A stretch of DNA of 64,000 nt. Source: Trueperaceae bacterium. Lineage in GTDB: Bacteria > Deinococcota > Deinococci > Deinococcales > Trueperaceae. This document shows positions 58,265 to 64,000 of this stretch, piece after piece. Where the stretch lies: NCBI GenBank assembly GCA_965214405.1, contig OZ243956.1, forward strand, positions 3,360,001 to 3,424,000, in the 5' to 3' direction. The notes below the pieces were generated by a model. The model saw nothing but the letters and a program-made list of their open reading frames with translations, was not told the DNA's origin and searched no databases. Position 1 is the first letter of the stretch. Every line of letters begins with the position of its first letter. The position numbers were made by a program, and so were the translations under genes.

Positions 58265-58789
58265 GTGCTCGAGAAACGTGCCAGCCGCCGCGTCTTAGAG
58301 ACCATCACCGTGGTCGGTTTAGACCCCGGCATAGCCAATCTGGGTTTGGGCGCGGTAAGTGAAAAGGGCCGCGCCGTGACGCACTTAGGCCACCAACTCG
58401 TCCGCACGAACGCCCGCACCAATCAGTCCGAGCGGCTCGCCTGCATCTATCAGGAGACCAAAACCTTTTTGAATACGCATCAGCCCCAGGCGCTGTCCAT
58501 CGAGGGACAGTATTTCCATAGGCAGCGCGAGGTGTCATTCAAGGTAGGGCAGGCGGTGGGCGTGTGCCTTTTGGCCGCGTATGAGCTTGATATCCCCGTG
58601 TTCGAGTACGGCCCTATGCAGGTCAAGCAGGCGCTGGTCGGCACCGGACGCGCCTCCAAGGCGCAGGTGGGCTTTATGGTCCGCTCGATGCTGAGCCTCA
58701 CGACGACGCCCGAAAGTCATCACGTCGCCGACGCGCTCGCGCTGGCGTTGGCGCACCTTAGTTACCGGCGGATTAACACGCTGGCCTAG
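58265..58789 (+). CDS. ruvC: Holliday junction resolvase
   Basis: GLDPG, IE, VK..LVGTGRASKAQV, ADALALA; start uncertain. Confidence 0.93.
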   Translation: MLEKRASRRVLETITVVGLDPGIANLGLGAVSEKGRAVTHLGHQLVRTNARTNQSERLACIYQETKTFLNTHQPQALSIEGQYFHRQREVSFKVGQAVGVCLLAAYELDIPVFEYGPMQVKQALVGTGRASKAQVGFMVRSMLSLTTTPESHHVADALALALAHLSYRRINTLA

Positions 58790-59256
58790 AACATTGGAGG
58801 CGTCAGCCCGTTCTGACGGAAAAACTGCGCAAGTTGTCCACGGTGATGTGCCTCGTGGTCGAGTTGTTGAAACAGCATCTCAAAAAAGGGCAACTCCTTC
58901 CCGCTAAAGGTCGCGTAGTCACCCGCCCAAGCATCAAGGTGCAAGCTCTGCATACGTTCTTCTGTTTCAGCCGTTACCTCGTCCACAAATTCTAAGACCG
59001 ACGCTTTGGAAGAGAAATCTTCTTCGTCCGCCTCGAGAGGTTCGCCGGGTAACCCCAAGAACCTCACCCAAACGATTCTCTCCCACGAAAACACGTGCAA
59101 AAGATGCTTTTGAAAGGTCCAGCCCTCGAGCCGGGGCTTGTAAAGGTAGAGAGATGCGGGGGCTGAAAGCGCGTACTGTTTGGTGAGGCTCCGGCTTCGG
59201 TGCCACTGATTCTTGTAAGCGTCCACAAACGTCTTCCCAACGTCATGCACGTGCAT
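58786..59256 (-). CDS. DinB family protein
   Basis: HLLH and HEAHHRGQL metal-binding His triad; AGGAGG RBS. Confidence 0.85.
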   Translation of the reverse strand: MHVHDVGKTFVDAYKNQWHRSRSLTKQYALSAPASLYLYKPRLEGWTFQKHLLHVFSWERIVWVRFLGLPGEPLEADEEDFSSKASVLEFVDEVTAETEERMQSLHLDAWAGDYATFSGKELPFFEMLFQQLDHEAHHRGQLAQFFRQNGLTPPMF

Positions 59257-59350
59257 CACTGCGCCCTCCTGTGAATTTGAGCCGTGACCAGTGGCGCGGT
59301 GAGTATAGCTCGAGCCCCCCATATTCTGACGAAACCCCTGACGGAAATGA

Positions 59351-59382
59351 TGAACGCCGCTTCGAGCTGAAGGCGGCGTTCA
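59351..59382 (-). terminator. Hairpin after the GH13 gene
   Basis: TGAACGCCGC / GCGGCGTTCA 10-bp inverted repeat. Confidence 0.55.
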
Positions 59383-59403
59383 CACCGGGAACTCCGAAGA
59401 CGA

Positions 59404-62400
59404 TTAAACTTCTTCGGCCTCGAGCACGTCCTCTAAATCCTTTGTGACGGCTTCCTCTGGTGTCTCCTCGAGAGTAGATTGAACCTCAACCTGTTCTTGT
59501 GACGCTTCTGCGTCAGCGCCCTCTTCAGGCACCATGATAAGACGGTCCACGCGGTAGTTTGAGCGCACCTCGGCGGCGTGAAGGTCGGTTACGAATTCCC
59601 ACAAGATCGCCTCTTCCTGCACTTCAAGTTCCTCGAGCAGCGCGAGCTTAAGCGCCATACCGAGCAGGTCCCGGTACGCCTCGCGGTTGAACCAGCGCAC
59701 GTTCTCGTGTTCGTTGACTTGCAAAAAGTGTAGGACGGGCTCGGTCTCAAGAATCCGGGTTAAAAAGACCGTAGCCGGAGAAGCCGCAGCCTCGAGAGCT
59801 TCGGGTTCTAAAGGCGTTTCAGACTCTACAGGTTCCGGTTCTTCGGATGTCTCAAACGCTGTAGACGTGGCGGAGGTTGCCGGGGTTCGCGCTTCCTCGA
59901 GGCCGGTTTCTGCGTTCAAGAGGCCGACTCCTGTTTCAGAAAGATCGTCAGCGTCCTCTACCTCCACCCGCAAACGCAGCACGTCGCCGTGGTTTAGGAA
60001 AAGTTCGACAAGTTCGACTCTGCGATGTGCCGCGTCGTAGCTCCCGCCAAGCCCGGCAAGGTTATTACGAAGCGCGTTCAGAAGCCGCCACTCCTGGATG
60101 AGGGACGGTTCCGCCCACAGGGGCTCCAGCGCCGCTCTCGCCACCAACACCGCTTCGTCGGCGGGGGTGAGCTCGAGCAGATACGCCAACTCCTCGTCCA
60201 AGTCCTCCGGCGCGCGCTTGCTCAACCCTGCTAGGCCTTGGGTAAGGCTCGAGAACCGCGCCACCGCGACCTCGTGCTCGCCGCCAAAACCGTAATCTCT
60301 GGCCCTGGCAAGAAACGACGCGTAACGGGTGACGTGTGTGGGCACCTTTTCGGCGTCCGTCTCCGCCTCCGCCACTGTTTCGTCCGTGGGCTCGAGCACC
60401 CCCACAAATGCCTCGTGCAGCGGGCGCAGACGCAGGTCGTCCAGCGCCTCCTCCAAGCTCGGCACCCCGCGCTCGCCCAGCATGTCGTAAAGCCCCGCGT
60501 AGTGCGAATACTCGTTGTCCTCCACCTCGCGGACGTCCAAGAAAACGCGGTACTGGTACGCGCCCAGTTCGACGCGGAAGCCCTCCCGAACGTCACGGCT
60601 GCGGCGGAGGTACTCGAGGCCCCCCGTCGCGTCGCGGAGAATCACGAAGTCGCGCTCCCCCGCGCGCAGGCCCAAGTTCTCGGAGAAACTGCCTTCGCCC
60701 ACGCCCTTGGCCGAAGCCGAGACTTTAAGCAGGCCGCGGGCGTCGGCAAATTTGTTGTTAAACACCACCAGCGAGATCCGCTCGCCGTCGCGGTTGGAGT
60801 AGGCGTACACGTCCTCGTTGACACCGCCCTCGGGCGTGACAAGGTCATAAAGGCGGAAATTCTCGACCTCGGCGAACTCTTTGCGGCGGTGCAGCAGCGG
60901 GAAAATCTCGCGGCGGTGGCGCTCGAGCAGGCCCATGTTGGGCGCTTCATTAAGCTTGGCGCGTTTGTACTCCATGCCGTACTTCTCACGAAAGCCCTCG
61001 ACTTGCCCGTGCCCGTACATCGGCAGACCCGGCAGCGTGCTCATCAGCACGCAGACGCCGAAATACTTGTCGCCGTCGCCGAACTGCGCGATGGCGGTTT
61101 CCTCGTCGGGGTTGTTCATGAAGTTGACGAAGCGCTTCAAGATTTCGGGCTCGAACTCCAAGACGTTTTTGATGGACTGACGGTACTCGGCGTTGTCCTC
61201 TTTCCTGAGCATGTGCATAAACGCGCTGTTGTAGACGCGGTGCATCCCCAGCGTGCGGACGAAAAAGCCCTCCATCATCCAGAACGCCTCGGCCAGGAGC
61301 AAGGTGTCAGGCACCTCCTCGGCCACGCGGTCCACCACCTCGCGCCAGAACTCCTCGGGCACGAGGCGGTTGAATTCGGCCTGCGTCATCGAGCCGTACT
61401 GCGCGCGCGACGGAATCGCGCCGCCGTGGCCCGGCTGGGGGAACCAGAGGCGTTCGATGTGACGTTTTGCAAGCGTCATCGCCGCGTCGAAGCGGATGAT
61501 GGGGAACTTGCGCGCGACGTGGAGGATGGTTTGGATGACCGCCTCGCGCACCTCGGCCAGTGCGTAATTGAGCTGCGCGGTGTCGTTCCAGGGAATTGTG
61601 GTGCCGTCGTTGCCGTGGTAGACGTAGCGTTCGGAGCCGGTCTGGCGGTCCACGCGTTTGAACACCACCGCGGCGTCGGTGGAGTCGTAGTAGTGGTCCT
61701 CGAGAAAAATCCCCACCCGCTCGTCCTGCGACAAGTCGGGGCCGTTAAAGCTGTAGGCGGGATAAGGGGGCTTCTCGAGGCTCAAGAACCAGTCGGGGTG
61801 CTCGACGACCCACCTCGAGTCGATGCCCATGTGGTTGGGGACCATGTCGCTCGCCAGCCGGATGCCCCGTGCCCACGCGCGGTCGCGTAAGTTCTCATAG
61901 GCCGCGTCGCCACCTAGGTCAGGCGCGATGACGTAGTCGTACAACGAATACGCGGAGGCCACCGCGTCGGGATTGCCGCGGAGGTGCTTGATGCGCTTTG
62001 AGGCGTCTGAACGCTCCCACAGGCCGATGAGCCAAAGGCCGGTGAAGCCGCGGCGTCCTAGTTCGTCAAGCTCCTCATCGGGAATCTCGTCCAAACGGGT
62101 GATGGAGCGGCCATAGCCCTTGGAAAGCTGATCGAGCCACACATAGGTGCTTTTCGCCAACATCACCACGCGTGGCATCCAGCTTTTGTCGGGCGAGAAG
62201 CGTTCGTATTCCACAGCTTCCGCTTGCGCGCCTTGCGCGTAGGCCGCGCCGCGCAAGATGTCTTCGTTCAGCACGACGCTCGGTCCCGGCCCGCCGAAGC
62301 CGCCCTCCTTGCGCTCCTCCTCTAACACGTCGCGCGAACGCAGGAGTTCGGTCATGAGGCTTTGAAAGCCCTCGCCCAAAAAGGAGGCCCAGCCGCGGAG

Positions 62401-63105
62401 GTGGCCGAGCTGGCCCTCGAGCGAGGTCGGGTTGGAAAGAAAGGGCGCGCGCAGGAGCGCCAACAGCGACTCGCCCTTAGGACCCGCGGCGGGCTCGCCC
62501 TCAACAAAACCGCCTAGTGCCTCGACCACGCCCTCATAGGCGGTTTCCTCACGGAGCGCGCGGTCGTCAAAAAGTTCGGTAAAGCGTTCGAACGCGGGGT
62601 TCTGGTTGGCGAGCCAGAGCATGAGGAGTTCTTCTAAAACCACGTGGCGGTGCGGAACGCCATCGGTTTGGCCCTTGAGGTAGTCCGCCACACTTACTGC
62701 ACCCGCGTACACCGGCTTGGCGGGAAAGTCGGTGGCGAAGCGCGTTAAGGTCCGCTCCACCGCCGCCTCACCCAGGGAATCGGTGAGCGCCGCCAAAGCC
62801 TTTTCAAAAAAGTCGGGGTGACGCTCCACGTACCCCGCCACGAGCAGGTGAAGCACCTCGTCGATAAGACCCGCCGCGTAGAGGTCGCCCGCCCGGACGG
62901 CCCGCTCGGGAAAGCGCGCGGCGTCGCGCTTGGCGTTGATTTTGTGCGCGACCCTTTGCGCGGCCTCCAGGTCGGCCAGCATCAAGGAGCCGTGTAGGCT
63001 GAACAGGGACGCGTCCAGCTCGTAACGTTCGCGCGCGCTGCGCGACACGTGAAACTCCCGCGGGGTCCCCTGGACCAAAACGGGAAGGGAAAATTTTTGT
63101 ATCAT
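59404..63105 (-). CDS. Large alpha-amylase family (GH13) protein
   Basis: DMVPNH, RFDAAM, LAEAFW, FMNNPDE catalytic regions; acidic C-terminal segments. Confidence 0.85.
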   Translation of the reverse strand: MIQKFSLPVLVQGTPREFHVSRSARERYELDASLFSLHGSLMLADLEAAQRVAHKINAKRDAARFPERAVRAGDLYAAGLIDEVLHLLVAGYVERHPDFFEKALAALTDSLGEAAVERTLTRFATDFPAKPVYAGAVSVADYLKGQTDGVPHRHVVLEELLMLWLANQNPAFERFTELFDDRALREETAYEGVVEALGGFVEGEPAAGPKGESLLALLRAPFLSNPTSLEGQLGHLRGWASFLGEGFQSLMTELLRSRDVLEEERKEGGFGGPGPSVVLNEDILRGAAYAQGAQAEAVEYERFSPDKSWMPRVVMLAKSTYVWLDQLSKGYGRSITRLDEIPDEELDELGRRGFTGLWLIGLWERSDASKRIKHLRGNPDAVASAYSLYDYVIAPDLGGDAAYENLRDRAWARGIRLASDMVPNHMGIDSRWVVEHPDWFLSLEKPPYPAYSFNGPDLSQDERVGIFLEDHYYDSTDAAVVFKRVDRQTGSERYVYHGNDGTTIPWNDTAQLNYALAEVREAVIQTILHVARKFPIIRFDAAMTLAKRHIERLWFPQPGHGGAIPSRAQYGSMTQAEFNRLVPEEFWREVVDRVAEEVPDTLLLAEAFWMMEGFFVRTLGMHRVYNSAFMHMLRKEDNAEYRQSIKNVLEFEPEILKRFVNFMNNPDEETAIAQFGDGDKYFGVCVLMSTLPGLPMYGHGQVEGFREKYGMEYKRAKLNEAPNMGLLERHRREIFPLLHRRKEFAEVENFRLYDLVTPEGGVNEDVYAYSNRDGERISLVVFNNKFADARGLLKVSASAKGVGEGSFSENLGLRAGERDFVILRDATGGLEYLRRSRDVREGFRVELGAYQYRVFLDVREVEDNEYSHYAGLYDMLGERGVPSLEEALDDLRLRPLHEAFVGVLEPTDETVAEAETDAEKVPTHVTRYASFLARARDYGFGGEHEVAVARFSSLTQGLAGLSKRAPEDLDEELAYLLELTPADEAVLVARAALEPLWAEPSLIQEWRLLNALRNNLAGLGGSYDAAHRRVELVELFLNHGDVLRLRVEVEDADDLSETGVGLLNAETGLEEARTPATSATSTAFETSEEPEPVESETPLEPEALEAAASPATVFLTRILETEPVLHFLQVNEHENVRWFNREAYRDLLGMALKLALLEELEVQEEAILWEFVTDLHAAEVRSNYRVDRLIMVPEEGADAEASQEQVEVQSTLEETPEEAVTKDLEDVLEAEEV

Positions 63106-63354
63106 CTTTTCACCTCTTTAAGCGGTTCAACAAGCTTGGTACCACTTTAGTCTGCTGTTTTTGTCCGCTGTGATGGCACCATAAGTAGGTACTAAATCAA
63201 TACTGGGAACAGCTTAGCACGCCCCTTTGTCCGTCTTTTGTAGTTATCTCGTGATAAATGCGCCGAACACGACGGAACGGTTTAAGGAGGCTCGAGTACA
63301 ATACAAAAGCACAGTTTGTACAGTAGTTTCTTAAACTGAGACGAGGAGAAAACG

Positions 63355-63435
63355 TTGATAACCCACCACACGGCGCAGCGCCAGAGGGCGCAAAGAGCCG
63401 TTAAAGAAATCCAAACCTGCGAGGCACCACAGTGA
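63355..63435 (+). CDS. Putative 26-aa leader peptide
   Basis: GAGGAG RBS then TTG; MITHHTAQRQRAQRAVKEIQTCEAPQ*; stop overlaps the otsA GTG (GTGA). Confidence 0.4.
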   Translation: MITHHTAQRQRAQRAVKEIQTCEAPQ

Positions 63436-64000
63436 GCCTCATTATCGTATCGAACCGCGAGCCCCTGCGCGAGGAGGCGGGCCGCTGGACCCCGTCGGTT
63501 GGCGGGCTCACCACCGCGTTGGTGCCCGTACTAGAGCAGCGCGGCGGCGTCTGGATTGCCTGGGGTGAGGAAGGTGCGGCAGAAACCCCCTGCATCTCCT
63601 ACCCGCCCGAAAATCCCGCCTTTGAGGTGCGGCGCTTGGAACTCTCCGAGGAGGAGGTTAGCAACTACTACTACGGCCTCGCCAACCGGGTGCTCTGGCC
63701 CGTGTGCCATTACTTCACCGAACAAATTGACTTACAGAGGCACTTCTATACCGACTACGTCCGGGTCAACCGCCGCTTCGCCGCCGCCACCGCCGAGGCT
63801 TATAACGAGGGCGACCTCGTCTGGATTCAGGACTATCAGCTCATGCTCGCGCCCCTCTTTTTGCGCGAGGCGAAGCCGGAGGCGCGCATCGGCTTCTTTT
63901 TTCACATCCCCTGGCCCGCCGCCGAGGTCTGGCGCATCCTGCCTTGGGCGCGCCGCCTCACCGAGGGGCTCCTCAGCGCGGACCTGGTGGGTTTCCATAC
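63432..64000 (+). CDS. otsA: Trehalose-6-phosphate synthase (GT20), partial
   Basis: IVSNR, GGL, YYYGLANRVLWP, WIQDYQL, GFFFHIPWP, DLVGFH; runs off the window edge. Confidence 0.9.
   Translation, partial: MSLIIVSNREPLREEAGRWTPSVGGLTTALVPVLEQRGGVWIAWGEEGAAETPCISYPPENPAFEVRRLELSEEEVSNYYYGLANRVLWPVCHYFTEQIDLQRHFYTDYVRVNRRFAAATAEAYNEGDLVWIQDYQLMLAPLFLREAKPEARIGFFFHIPWPAAEVWRILPWARRLTEGLLSADLVGFH

Noticed and set aside
58265..58789. RuvC as a TnpB/Cas-type nuclease
   Set aside because: Size and motifs match the ordinary Holliday junction resolvase
60238..61890. 550-aa plus-strand ORF
   Set aside because: Antisense shadow of the GH13 gene

Overview
GC-rich chromosomal window, most likely from a Deinococcota bacterium (Trueperaceae-like). 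This is supported by a clear Nqo15 homologue, a Thermus-type AddAB pair and many genes whose start codon sits 5-7 nt behind a TANNNT -10 box. Most of the content is housekeeping or metabolic: korAB, rsmI, mfd, mtnN, alx with a yybP-ykoY Mn riboswitch, thrS, glnA, ruvC, otsA, two paralogous sugar ABC operons with LacI regulators, two convergent Liv-type ABC operons, and GH13 and debranching enzymes. I found no rRNA, tRNA, CRISPR array, integrase or transposase. The main unexplained signals are: (1) strong, frame-independent over-representation of the palindrome (G)CTCGAG(C), also built into terminator hairpins, which looks like a HIP-type highly iterated palindrome; (2) a toxin-antitoxin cassette array at 47.97-49.9 kb punctuated by three copies of a ~75-bp antitoxin-gene fragment, all cut at the same CTCGAG, with a similar CTCGAG-centred motif bracketing a second TA module at 26.8-27.6 kb; (3) a 127-bp MITE with TIRs and a 6-bp target-site duplication; (4) a two-fold symmetric RNA hairpin in the leader of an alcohol dehydrogenase gene; (5) two frameshifted genes and several small unannotated ORFs. 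Family assignments come from recognising motifs by eye, not from database searches.
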